From: Octopus vulgaris
Taxonomy: Eukaryota
Direction: 5' to 3'
Length of the DNA: 64,000 nt
NCBI GenBank assembly: GCA_951406725.2
Contig: OX597837.1
Location: forward strand, 25,110,001 to 25,174,000
Every line of letters starts with the position of its first letter. The first letter of the stretch is position 1. Positions 39,801 to 46,444 of the stretch are shown here, one piece after another. A program made the position numbers and the translations under genes. The notes below the pieces were generated by a model. That model was not told the origin of the DNA and did no database searches. It saw only the letters and a list, made by a program, of their open reading frames with translations.

Positions 39801-41856
39801 TTGCATTTTGTTCCTGACTGGTAGTTTCTGGAAATTAAAGAAAGGAAATTGGTTGCACCCAAACAGTGTAAAGAATTAACCAGTTCCATTACAGACTTTA
39901 CCTTTCATCTTTCTGGGCTCAAGAAACTAACTACCAGCTAGCGTCTACAAGAACTGACTAATCACTACAAAATATTTTACTTACCAACTTTACTATCAAC
40001 ACTGATATCACTGGAAAAGCAAGACTGGAGTAAATTAAGGAAAATAACTCAACTGTTCATAACAATGTTCTTAACAACTATTTTATAATTAGGAGAATTG
40101 TCTTTTGGATAATTATGAGTTGCAGTAATAATGGCTTGATATTTGGGTATTGCAGAAATTCTGGGGTTTTTTTTTTAACTGTTTCTCTTTAAATAACTGG
40201 AGTCCAAAGTGTTTAATACCAGGAAAGGTGAAGTGTATAGAATTTTGAAGAGTGTTGTTGGGTGCTTTTAATTTGGCTGATACCAGTAATGTAGTTAAGG
40301 GTTACGGTGGGACAAACTCGAAGGTTTCTCCAAGTGGCACATACTCTAGTTATACCACTGGCCAATACATTTTAATACAATACTGATTGTGACTAAATTC
40401 CAACATAACTGAATACATCATGATCTTCATCATTTAATGTTTGTTACCTATAATGGCATGGGTTGCATGGTTTGACTGGAGCTGATAAGTCGGAGAGCTG
40501 CACCAGGCTCCAGTCACCTGTTTTAGCTTGGTTTCTATGGCTGGATGCCCTTCCTAACGCGAACCACTTTACAGAGTATACTGGGTGTCTTTTACATGTC
40601 ACCAGCACTGGCCACAACCCCGATTTTACTTAGCCTGACATTGTCTTCTCAGGCACAGCAAATTGCCAGAAGTCTCAGTTACTTGTCATTGCCTCCATGT
40701 GACTCAACAACTGAAGATCATATTTCACCACTTTTGTTTCACTTCTTCCTGAGTTTACCTCTTCCACTGGTTCCCTCCATAATTAGGATTTTTTCCTTTT
40801 GAACACCACATGTCAACACAATTTCTAGTTAACTAAACACTTTTAAACTTCGTATACTGGTAGAATGTGTCAAAATAAAACATTTTTTTCTCCTGGCTTT
40901 CTTGAGAAAATTGTAATTTGTTCGTTTAACGTAGTTTAATTTTTCGAATTTTAACCAATGAATCGCCTCTATTTAGCTAAAATCATTTGCTGCGTCTAAA
41001 ACTGAGGGTTACCTCACCCTCAACCTAAATTTTTTTTTTCCTTATTGTTAAATTAATTTAATTGTTACGCGTGTAAAAGACGTACGGAAAGCGTGTGTAT
41101 AAAATTATAGAATTATTTTGTTTGTTAATTGTTTAAATTATTTTCCATTGCTTTCGTTTTTTTTACACGCGTAACAATTAAATTAATTTAACAATTAAGA
41201 AAAAAATTTAGGGTTAGGGTTAGGTTGAGGGTTAGTGACAGGATGTTGTCTCAGTTTTAGACGCAGCAAATGATTTTAGCTAAATAGAGACGATTCATTG
41301 GTTAAAAGTCAAAAAATTAAACTATGTTAAACAAACAAATTACAATTTTCTCAAGAAAGCCAAGAGAAAAAATGTTTTATTTTGACACATTCTACCAGTA
41401 TACGAAGTTTTAAAGTGTTTAGTTAACTAGAAATTGTGTTGACATGTGCCGTTCAAAAGGAAATGGTCCCATAATTAGAGATTGACACTTTTTACGCAAG
41501 TCCTCATACATATGCAAAACATGTTCATACCTGCACAGTCTTCTCTTGCACACCACATTTGATGTCTCTTATACCCAATTCTTCTAAGACACTTAAACTC
41601 TGTCATATGTGCACACTAACATTGTACACCCAGCAGAGTATGCTAGCTTCATTTCTTTCAAGCTTTTGCATGTGAATACATTTTCAATTAAGTATCATAG
41701 AAAATTAACCGATCATATCAGCAGAGTTAAATAGCTGTGTTAAATTTAATGAACACTAAAGGATACAACAAGCTTTGGGAGAGCATGGTCAAGCTCCTGC
41801 TGACATTTTGTTGACTCCCAACTTCGAACATCTTCAACAAACAATAACTGTGACAT
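988..41856 (-). CDS. FIRRM: FIRRM/C1orf112 orthologue (FIGNL1-interacting regulator of recombination and mitosis); gene span, 20 coding exons, 740 codons, 3' end outside window
   Basis: Manually spliced exons are all GT-AG and phase-consistent. The translation contains MSQ..SW..C..EL...LPKL, SFLPHM, ENIHSLLSSVL..HCK, KFSPPSL and DVWCFIGRYGSAALCHHHV, matching recalled vertebrate C1orf112 motifs (FLPHM, ENIQSLPSSVL..HCK, KFPPSL, WCFLARYGTAELCAHHV). Confidence 0.9.
1143..1369 (-). mobile_element. piggyBac-type MITE of about 225 bp (copies 3841-4068, 5538-5766, 47879-48107, 50648-51357, 56623-56845, 62951-63158; related 20468-20695)
   Basis: TTAA flanks, CCCTTTAG...CTAAAGGG terminal inverted repeats, shared internal sequence. 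Confidence 0.85.
1580..1997 (+). mobile_element. tRNA-derived SINE family A (about 410 bp, internal (TA)n(TG)n, AAAAGAGT tail); at least 17 full or partial copies in the window
   Basis: A box TGGCTGTGTGG, B box GGTTCAGTCC, CORE-like GCACCTTGGGCAAGTG; many near-identical copies. Confidence 0.88.
2049..2279 (-). CDS. FIRRM: FIRRM coding exon 19 (LDVLKCLHSLSRYLV...PAHISS)
   Basis: ttacag / GTATGT, phase 0-0, 77 open codons. Confidence 0.83.
2957..3395 (-). mobile_element. HERO-like non-LTR retrotransposon 3' fragment (restriction-like endonuclease)
   Basis: KPDILMW..IVELTVPHEDN..KLNRY..C..GW..FPIEVGCRGF..VEKASH, with in-frame stops. Confidence 0.75.
4148..4330 (-). CDS. FIRRM: FIRRM coding exon 18 (EEILKLYPPANNLSLW...DKDMKSC)
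   Basis: ttttag / GTAAGT, phase 0-0, 61 open codons. Confidence 0.87.
4393..4946 (+). mobile_element. Non-autonomous Helitron-like element
   Basis: 5' TC..TATTATACAAAA plus GT microsatellite; 3' hairpin CTGTCCA-T-TGGACGG followed by a CTTGT (~CTAGT) end. Confidence 0.5.
5862..6095 (+). mobile_element. SINE family B, single copy (others at 11128, 17838, 32096, 49745, 59191, plus older variants)
   Basis: Same sequence as the tandem unit, with intact GGCGAGTTGGCAGAA head and AAAGAAATAA tail. Confidence 0.85.
6178..6322 (-). CDS. FIRRM: FIRRM coding exon 17 (YGSAALCHHHVKVLAAVW...LIKDQ)
   Basis: taatag / CAG|GTGAGG, phase 2-0. Confidence 0.9.
7613..7695 (-). CDS. FIRRM: FIRRM coding exon 16 (ESVLLTNLLHSNPYCKMMACDVWCFIGR)
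   Basis: ttccag / G|GTGAAT, phase 0-2; DxWCFxxRYG family signature. Confidence 0.9.
7827..8105. mobile_element. Related inverted-repeat (Penelope-like) remnant in (TA)n
   Basis: Terminus aataatattaggga..ccaaacttacagggaaaaattc shared with 52868; inverted arms 7922-7987 and 8043-8105. Confidence 0.55.
9170..9785 (+). mobile_element. RTE-clade LINE 3' end: ORF C-terminus plus 3'UTR (repeat family C)
   Basis: LREKLGI..RRLCWYGHI..VEGTWGRGRPKKT..VVGKDL, followed by the AGGAAGGGCATCCAG 3'UTR; (GAT)n tail resumes after the SINE insertion. Confidence 0.75.
9786..10182 (-). mobile_element. SINE family A copy inserted in an RTE tail
   Basis: Full-length reverse copy. Confidence 0.88.
10369..10450 (-). 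CDS. FIRRM: FIRRM coding exon 15 (NTSLYEYLCTNICGFVGSWPAQHFAVV)
   Basis: ttcaag / GTGAGT, phase 2-0; resembles recalled TLYQHVCVHLCTF motif. Confidence 0.85.
10604..11021 (+). mobile_element. SINE family A copy
   Basis: Near full-length. Confidence 0.88.
11811..12300 (-). mobile_element. Repeat family C copy (5'-truncated, (GAT)n tail, internal ~60-bp tandem units); about 17 copies, e.g. 2398, 6960, 14780, 21560, 30520, 33371, 34422, 35620, 40427, 58398, 60570
   Basis: Shared TGGATGCCCTTCCTAAYGCCAACCACTCC core; variable 5' ends; GTGCCACCGGCAC hairpin units. Confidence 0.85.
13066..13129 (-). CDS. FIRRM: FIRRM coding exon 14 (SVEMASDIRIPITAAVGSPQR)
   Basis: weak gtgaag acceptor, AAG|GTCAGT donor, phase 1-2 fits both neighbours. 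Confidence 0.75.
13710..14285 (-). mobile_element. R4/Dong-like LINE 3' fragment (RLE domain) with (TAA)n tail
   Basis: LLWNFTIQTDRKI..NRTDII..LIDMTVP..KLSKYKDVEIEISKMWKLKT..IPVVIGALG. Confidence 0.75.
15316..15411 (-). CDS. FIRRM: FIRRM coding exon 13 (DVTEVWYSPRKF...VFKTLQK)
   Basis: ttgtag / GTAATT, phase 1-1. Confidence 0.83.
15460..15718. mobile_element. hAT (Charlie-like) MITE (related pieces near 29777, 37372, 63856)
   Basis: CAGTGGTTC...GAACCACTG ends; imperfect TSD ending TAGAT. Confidence 0.7.
16161..16405. repeat. 26-27-bp minisatellite (about 9 units) at the 5' end of a family C copy
   Basis: Consensus TTTTACATGTCACCAGYACAGGTGCC with an ~80-bp higher-order duplication. Confidence 0.8.
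16517..16591 (-). CDS. FIRRM: FIRRM coding exon 12 (LEPDLALPRILLQIMVVNLLPKAK)
   Basis: tgacag / GTAAGT, phase 1-1. Confidence 0.85.
16627..16845. mobile_element. mariner-type MITE
   Basis: Inverted ends GTGCTGAAAAGTTCCTGGCTTT / AAAGCCAGGAACTTTCAGTAC. Confidence 0.65.
16885..17281 (-). mobile_element. SINE family A copy
   Basis: Near full-length. Confidence 0.88.
17350..17498 (-). CDS. FIRRM: FIRRM coding exon 11 (FSPPSLAAPKL...VTSDEN)
   Basis: ttttag / G|GTAGG, phase 2-1. Confidence 0.87.
17838..18063 (+). mobile_element. SINE family B copy
   Basis: Similarity to other copies in the window. Confidence 0.8.
18590..18747 (-). CDS. FIRRM: FIRRM coding exon 10 (EENPSQTNEKSFQMTLK...LILYMFK)
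   Basis: ttccag / GTAAGT, phase 0-2. Confidence 0.87.
18812..19180 (+). mobile_element. CR1-clade LINE 3' end (further copies 45141-45490 -, 48511-48875 -, 55960-56290 +)
   Basis: [31 protein letters not shown]-terminal signature; conserved 3'UTR and ATT tail. Confidence 0.8.
20031..20419 (+). mobile_element. SINE family A copy
   Basis: Full-length. Confidence 0.88.
21880..22256 (-). mobile_element. tRNA(Arg)-like-headed SINE family D (possibly octopus OR-type)
   Basis: Head TGGCCCAGTGGTTAGGGCAGCGGACTCGCGG...GGTTTCGATTCC; related pieces at 5468, 6720, 14575, 44317, 61395. Confidence 0.75.
22395..22533 (-). CDS. FIRRM: FIRRM coding exon 9 (LAVQYKSFLYSRLELE...PDKTAE)
   Basis: ctcacag acceptor; frame-preserving donor GAA|GTAGGT, phase 2-0. 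Confidence 0.83.
22940..23372 (+). pseudogene. Duplicate of the piggyBac transposase N-terminal fragment
   Basis: Closely similar to 24686-25240 but lacks the ~135-bp insert at 24885-25020. Confidence 0.65.
23513..23731. mobile_element. hAT (Charlie-like) MITE
   Basis: TIR CAGTGSTTTTCAAC; perfect 8-bp TSD CATTATTC. Confidence 0.88.
23986..24400 (-). mobile_element. SINE family A copy
   Basis: Full-length. Confidence 0.85.
24487..26594 (+). mobile_element. Internally deleted piggyBac transposon with transposase remnants
   Basis: TTAA-CCC...GGG-TTAA ends; SDSDFEGF acidic N-terminus, PLDYLFLFLP, WQPTDTEEIQAF, NSYIVY..HLKFRVDIASQL; frameshifts and nested repeats. Confidence 0.65.
26683..26767 (-). 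CDS. FIRRM: FIRRM coding exon 8 (CHSLLSLCQLVPALDIKIMIGLWKSLAR)
   Basis: ttttcag / CAG|GTAAAT, phase 1-2. Confidence 0.85.
27613..27682 (-). CDS. FIRRM: FIRRM coding exon 7 (TTLCCLEKINIKSTEQDVVDLCS)
   Basis: ttttcag / GTAAGT, phase 0-1. Confidence 0.83.
28619..28705 (-). CDS. FIRRM: FIRRM coding exon 6 (ESPTIYGDLLPLLSDVLSSFFKKTHQLQT)
   Basis: ttctccag / GTAACT, phase 0-0. Confidence 0.85.
30995..31135 (-). CDS. FIRRM: FIRRM coding exon 5 (LALNIVESTESCMKYVC...ENIHSLLSSVLRVLTQSYEHCK)
   Basis: aacag / GTAAGT, phase 0-0, conserved motif. Confidence 0.88.
31172..31654. mobile_element. Head-to-head palindrome of a tRNA-headed, hammerhead-containing retroelement
   Basis: Centre GCCCA|TGGGC at 31450/31451; A box TGGCGTAGTGG and B box GAGTTCGATTCC on the minus arm; CTGAAGA-A-GGCTG..CAGCY-GAAA in both arms. 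Confidence 0.75.
32096..32326 (-). mobile_element. SINE family B copy nested in an older family-B copy
   Basis: Similarity to other copies in the window. Confidence 0.8.
32475..32576 (-). CDS. FIRRM: FIRRM coding exon 4 (INDLLAEILENAK...VVAMLK)
   Basis: ttccag / AAG|GTAAGT, phase 0-0; lies within ORF 32253..32600. Confidence 0.85.
35620..36056 (-). mobile_element. Family C copy with about 4 internal 57-58-bp tandem units
   Basis: Repeated GGTGCTTTTTATGTGCCACCGGCACAGAAGCCAGTCGAGGCGGCGCTGGCATC. Confidence 0.85.
36419..36792 (+). mobile_element. SINE family A copy
   Basis: Full-length with a small internal deletion. Confidence 0.85.
37191..37279 (-). CDS. FIRRM: FIRRM coding exon 3 (VLNIICTSFLPHMKLAVIETRLFHNISSK)
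   Basis: ttttcag acceptor, AAG|GTAGG donor, phase 1-0, FLPHM motif. Confidence 0.88.
37713..38100 (-). mobile_element. RTE-BovB-like LINE 3' end with C2H2 zinc finger
   Basis: GGQKKRFKDSLK..WETLAAD..WR..CSTCGKGFLARIGLTSHLRSH, short 3'UTR, (TTA)n tail. Confidence 0.8.
38487..38893 (-). mobile_element. Second HERO-like 3' fragment
   Basis: Highly similar to 2957-3395. Confidence 0.75.
39390..39488 (+). repeat. 28-bp minisatellite (about 3.5 units) within a Helitron-like 5' fragment starting near 39254
   Basis: Unit CTTCAGTGTGCGTGTGCGGAACGTCATT. Confidence 0.75.
39985..40024 (-). CDS. FIRRM: FIRRM coding exon 2 (SCFSSDISVDSKV), 40 nt
   Basis: U12 branch TTTTCCTTAAT then ctccag acceptor; donor G|GTAAGT; phase 0-1 bridges exons 1 and 3. 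Confidence 0.8.
40025..41766 (-). other. FIRRM: U12-type (minor spliceosome) GT-AG intron of FIRRM
   Basis: 5' splice site GTATCCTTT at 41766-41758; branch site TTTTCCTTAAT at 40044-40034, about 10 nt from the AG; no long polypyrimidine tract. Confidence 0.88.
40786..41469. mobile_element. Long foldback MITE (Merlin/Mutator-like), arms of about 290 bp, internal TTAGGG repeats
   Basis: GG...CC termini; 8-bp TSD CATAATTA (40778-40785 and 41470-41477). Confidence 0.85.
41767..41856 (-). CDS. FIRRM: FIRRM coding exon 1 (MSQLLFVEDVRSWESTKCQQELDHALPKLV); exon acceptor at 41885
   Basis: ATG at 41856, tttcag acceptor 28 nt upstream, donor GTATCCTTT (U12-type), phase 0. Confidence 0.88.
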
Positions 41857-42245
41857 GATGATGATGATGATGATATTTGGCAATCTGAAATGAAGCAAAA
41901 TAGTTAATTTATCATTAAGACAAACTGATACAGTTTAGACAACATAACATCATCGTTTCACCTTGCTCTGTCTCTACTATGAACATTATTTTCACAAAAT
42001 CACTTCATCTATTTGTGCTACAAAACCTATTACTCTAGGAGTTTATATATATAGATAAGAGAAAAAAAATCTATCAGAAAGGAACTCTATCTCTCTTAAA
42101 AAAATATCTTTTGATAAGCATAACAAATGCGCAACCGGTAAAAAGAACTTTCACCTAATTAAATACACTCTCCCTTACTTAAATTATTTTGTCAGCATTT
42201 TCTTCATTTCCTTTTTTTATATATATATATATATATATATATCTA

Positions 42246-42400
42246 TACCGGAGTAAACACATAAATGTGAAACAAGGTGGAAAAAAAGAGTACTCAAATA
42301 CCAGTGGTAGAGTAATATGCTTTATTTAAAGCAGCAGAAAATTCAACAAAATCTGTTACTCTGAGTTTCTCGTTGCCGTTCATCAAACAGTTTTTGCTAT
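42246..42400 (-). mobile_element. Penelope-like fragment with degenerate hammerhead, in (TA)n
   Basis: Minus strand reads AAAACTGT-tTGATGA-ACGgcaaCGa-GAAA-CTCAGAG-TA-ACAGaTTTT; closely similar to 45712-45866. Confidence 0.6.
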
Positions 42401-42913
42401 ATAAATCAGTAAATAGTGGGGTTGTGTTAACCGCATGTGGAGAAATGATAGGAGAGGCAGATTGCTAAATTGAAAGTAAATTTTCATACACCCATTTTTA
42501 TTAAAATTTACTTTCAATTTAGCATTCTGCCTTATAATTTTTCCTCTCCTATATATATCTTATATCTTTTACTTGTTTCAGTCATTTGACTGCAGCCATG
42601 TTGGGGCACTGCCTTGAAGGGTTTTAGTAGAACAAATTAACTCCAGGACACTCTTTTGAGCCTAGTATTGTCAGTCTCTTTTGTTGAACCACTAAGTTAC
42701 AGGATTGTAAGTAAACACTGATGGTAGGGGACAAACATAGACACAAAGACATACACACACCATCATCACTTAACATCCGCTTTCCATGCTGGACACAATG
42801 GGCTTCTTTCAGTTTCTGTCTACTAAATCCACTCACAAGGCTTTAGCCAACCCAAGGCTATAGTAGAAGACAGCTGAATTTGTGTGTGTGCAAAATAAGT
42901 TATTTGTACATAC

Positions 42914-42987
42914 CTTTCTGAATTCCAAAAGAAAGGCTTTCAGCAAACTCCAGCGATTGAATCCCCAGGCAAGTCTTGCACATGTAT
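42914..42987 (-). other. Candidate non-coding 5'UTR exon of FIRRM
   Basis: caacag acceptor and AAG|GTATGT donor about 1 kb upstream of the ATG exon; carries a stop in frame with the main ATG; not verified by transcripts. Confidence 0.45.
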
Positions 42988-43282
42988 CTGTTGTATTGAA
43001 TGTGCAAAAACAAATGTTTTCTTCACCACCAAAAATTAATTTCTCTTCCAAAGAGAGAGTGGCATCAACCCTTTCTATCACATTTTTATCAGAATGTATC
43101 AAGACACTCTGCTGTCACAGAACTATTAAAACTTTAACAACTTGATCGATCTGTGACTAAACGTGGATTTAACTTCATTTTATACAAACTTTGCTATTGG
43201 TGATATAGATAATTGCAAACATAACTTATTTAATTGAACATTTTCATGTTTCTCTTGCGCATTCAATACAACAGATACACAT

Positions 43283-43586
43283 TGTGGAGTTACATGGCCT
43301 AGTGGTTAGAACAGCGGACTCGCGGTTGAGGGATCGTGGGTTCGAATCTCAGACCGGGCGATGTGTGTGTTTATGGGCGAAACACCTAGGCTCCACGCAG
43401 CTCTGGTAGAAGGTAATGGCGAACTTCTGCTGACTCTTTCACCACAACTTCGTCTCACTCTTTCCTCCTGCATCTTGCAGCTCACCTGCGACGGACCAGC
43501 GTCCTGTCCAGGTGGGGAACCTATACGCCAAGGAAACTGGGAAACTGGCCCTTATGAGCCAGGCATGGCTCGAGAAGGAACAAATA
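43283..43586 (+). mobile_element. Family D-related SINE with 13-bp target-site duplication AACAGATACACAT
   Basis: TSD at 43270-43282 and 43587-43599; A and B boxes present. Confidence 0.85.
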
Positions 43587-45711
43587 AACAGATACACATG
43601 CAAGACTTGTTTGGGAACTCAATGGCTGGAGTCTGTCGAAAGTTTTTTCTTCTTTTGGAATTCAGAAAGGTATGTAAAAATAACTTCTTTTGCACAGACA
43701 CACTAGGTAAAACTTCAGTATGAATTATAAAATTACATCTCAACTTAAATTGAAATTATCTTTTTTTTTAATTAGTAATTCGTATTTGTGATGAGTGTAT
43801 TTAGAAACATTATCCCCCTTCCTTATTTTTTTCCAAAATTTCTTCGGGCTTCTGTTTTCGATATAGGAGAATTAGGATTTTGCACCCCGCAAAACACGTT
43901 TTCAAAATGTTAATAACCTTAACACCCCCACGCCCGAATTTTTCATTTCTAACTTTTTTCGAATTTTTTTTTTTTTTAATCCACGTAGAAAAATAGAGAT
44001 TACGAATTTTTAAGAGTTTTTTTAAAAAATTTCTCTTATAGAAACACTCAAATCCCCTTTCCCAACTTTCACCCATCACCTCTGAATGTTTTACTTTTAG
44101 ATTTTTGGAAAGCGGAGAAGTTTTTCCAGAAATAATGTCGTTTAGCTGTTGTTTCTAGCATGTCGGGATTTCTGGTGGTGGTCTGATATTTTTGACGTCT
44201 GCTATTTCAGTAGAATTCTACGCATGCGTGAAACATCAATCGAAAGTTAAACATTCTGAGTTTTTTTTTTTTTTTAAGCGAGGAGGTGATGGGAAAGCCA
44301 TTGAGTGTTTCGACGAAGGGCCCAGTGTTTAGGACAGCGGACTCGCGGTTTCGATTCCCAGACAGGGCGTTGTGTGTGTTTATTGAGAGAAAACACCTAA
44401 AAAGCTCCACTAGGCTCCGGCAGGGGGTGGTGGTGACCCCTGTTGTACTCTTTCGACCCAAATTTCTCTCTCACTTTCTTCCTGTTTCTTGAGTAACGCT
44501 GCGATGGACTGGCGTCCCGTCCAGCTGGGAGGAACACATACGCCATAGAAACCGGGCATATGAACCTGGCTAGGCTTGAAAAGGACGTATAAAAAAAAAA
44601 ATACGCACACCACCCGTTTTCGGCGTTTAGGGTTAGAGTTACACCGAAAACGGGAGGTGTGCGTATTCTTTACCTTCGCCACAATGGCGCGATTTCTGGG
44701 CAAAATCATATTCTATATCGAAATCCGAAAAAAATTTTGAATACAACCCCACCCCCTGAAAACGGGTAGTGTACACATTCTTTACCTCTACCTAGATATA
44801 TCTCAGAAAAACATTTACTACGAGGGAATGAGAAACTGTCTTAACAAATATCCAACATAACACTGAAATAATTGTTATTATAAACCTAATATAAATCTCA
44901 TCCAGTCAGGTTACAGCTACAGGTATCAAATGAACGAAGTTGAAACAGTTTTTTTAAAAATATCATGACCTTTTATGTTAATTTTCTCGTTTAACAATTG
45001 AGAATTTCTTCTTAAACAATTGTAAATACCAGCAAAAATTGATGAATTACTGATATTTAATTAATGGATCCAAGACACGTCCGACTTACTAGTTTTCGTA
45101 TTTTTGTGTCGAGGAGTCTTACAGTGAGGGTGATGTAAAATAATAATGAAATTATTGTATACAGTGCTCAGGTGCACCACACCTTGTCAGAAAGTGCGTA
45201 TAGAGTATATGCAGTAATGTACAAATGTCTGGAAAGCGAATAATGTATGAGTCAGATACATGCTTGTGTGTGTATGGAGGGAAGAAAATCAGGTGTAGTG
45301 TTGGCGAATCTCAGAAAGCATGGAAGTTTTGAAGGATGCAGTGCTCCAACAACTAACAACTGATGCCGGCAGTTTGTTCCATGATTCAGCAACTCCCAGC
45401 ATGAAAAAATGTTTCCGAAAGTCATGGGAGCTGTGCTGTTTTCTGACTTTGTAAACATGTCCACGGGTGTTAGACAGGTGGAGTTTGAAAATGTAGGTGT
45501 TCGATACTCTATAGGAGAGATTAATATTTTATTTTGGTAGTCTCTTGCTACTCTTAATTTTGCCTATAGGTGCATAGGATCTTCAAGAGACTGATTCACC
45601 AAAGTATAATATTAATCTCTGCTATGGTAATGAAAGAATGCCATACCGTGAACTCTTTTTCTCCGACAACCAACACTTAAGTTGTGTACATAAACGCGCA
45701 TATATATATAT

Positions 45712-45866
45712 ATACCGGAGTAAACACATAAATGTGAAACAAGGTGGAAAAAAGAGTACTCAAATACCAGTGGTAGAGTAATATGCTTAATTTAAAAGCA
45801 GCAGAAATTCAACAAAACCTGTTACTCTGAGTTTCACGTTCCCGTTCGTTGGACAGTTTTTGTTAA
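45712..45866 (-). mobile_element. Second copy of the same Penelope-like fragment
   Basis: Minus strand reads AAAACTGT-CcaACGA-ACGggaaCGT-GAAA-CTCAGAG-TA-ACAGgTTTT; flanked by TA repeats. Confidence 0.6.
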
Positions 45867-45925
45867 AATATATATATATACACTCACATACATATATATA
45901 TATATATATATGCACTCACATACAT

Positions 45926-45958
<33 letters not shown>

Positions 45959-46184
45959 GGCACTTGTATCGAATGTTTGCCATATATATACATATACACA
46001 TACATATGTAAACACTTTTAAAACAGAAAGGCCGAAGTGTTGTTGAACAACTAGACAGAGAGTGTATTTAAATTGTTAGTAATTCACAGATAAATCCAAT
46101 TTTCAAACCTCTATATGTGTGTGTCCATCATTAAAACACATTTATATTTTTAAAAATGCTTCCATCAATTCATGAAATGTTGTT

Positions 46185-46200
46185 GTCAAATTTCCCGCTC
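46185..46200 (-). promoter_or_regulatory. E2F site plus adjacent CHR-like element (GAGCGGGAAA-TTTGAC), candidate FIRRM promoter
   Basis: TTTCCCGC at 46191-46198 beside a locally CpG-enriched patch (about 46195-46345); GCGG-N4-TTTGAC spacing matches CDE/CHR geometry. Confidence 0.4.
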
Positions 46201-46444
46201 TGAAAGTTGCCGACATAGAATGAGTGATTACAAAAAATGTATAACGACGTAGCGAAACGAACAACGAAAGAAAACGTGAAAAATAACGAAACGAAATTGC
46301 TTGGTAATAAACTTTTATACATCATAATAACAAACATACGACAGTGAATACAATGCAAAATAATATTTTGATATTTAATAATGGTACTACATTTATTTAA
46401 GAACTGTAATACTGCAGTAATGATATATTTAATAAAAGTAAAGC

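Noticed and set aside
42833-43102. 89-aa minus-strand ORF upstream of FIRRM
   Set aside because: No recognisable homology, not in frame with the MSQ start, and it runs into a SINE.
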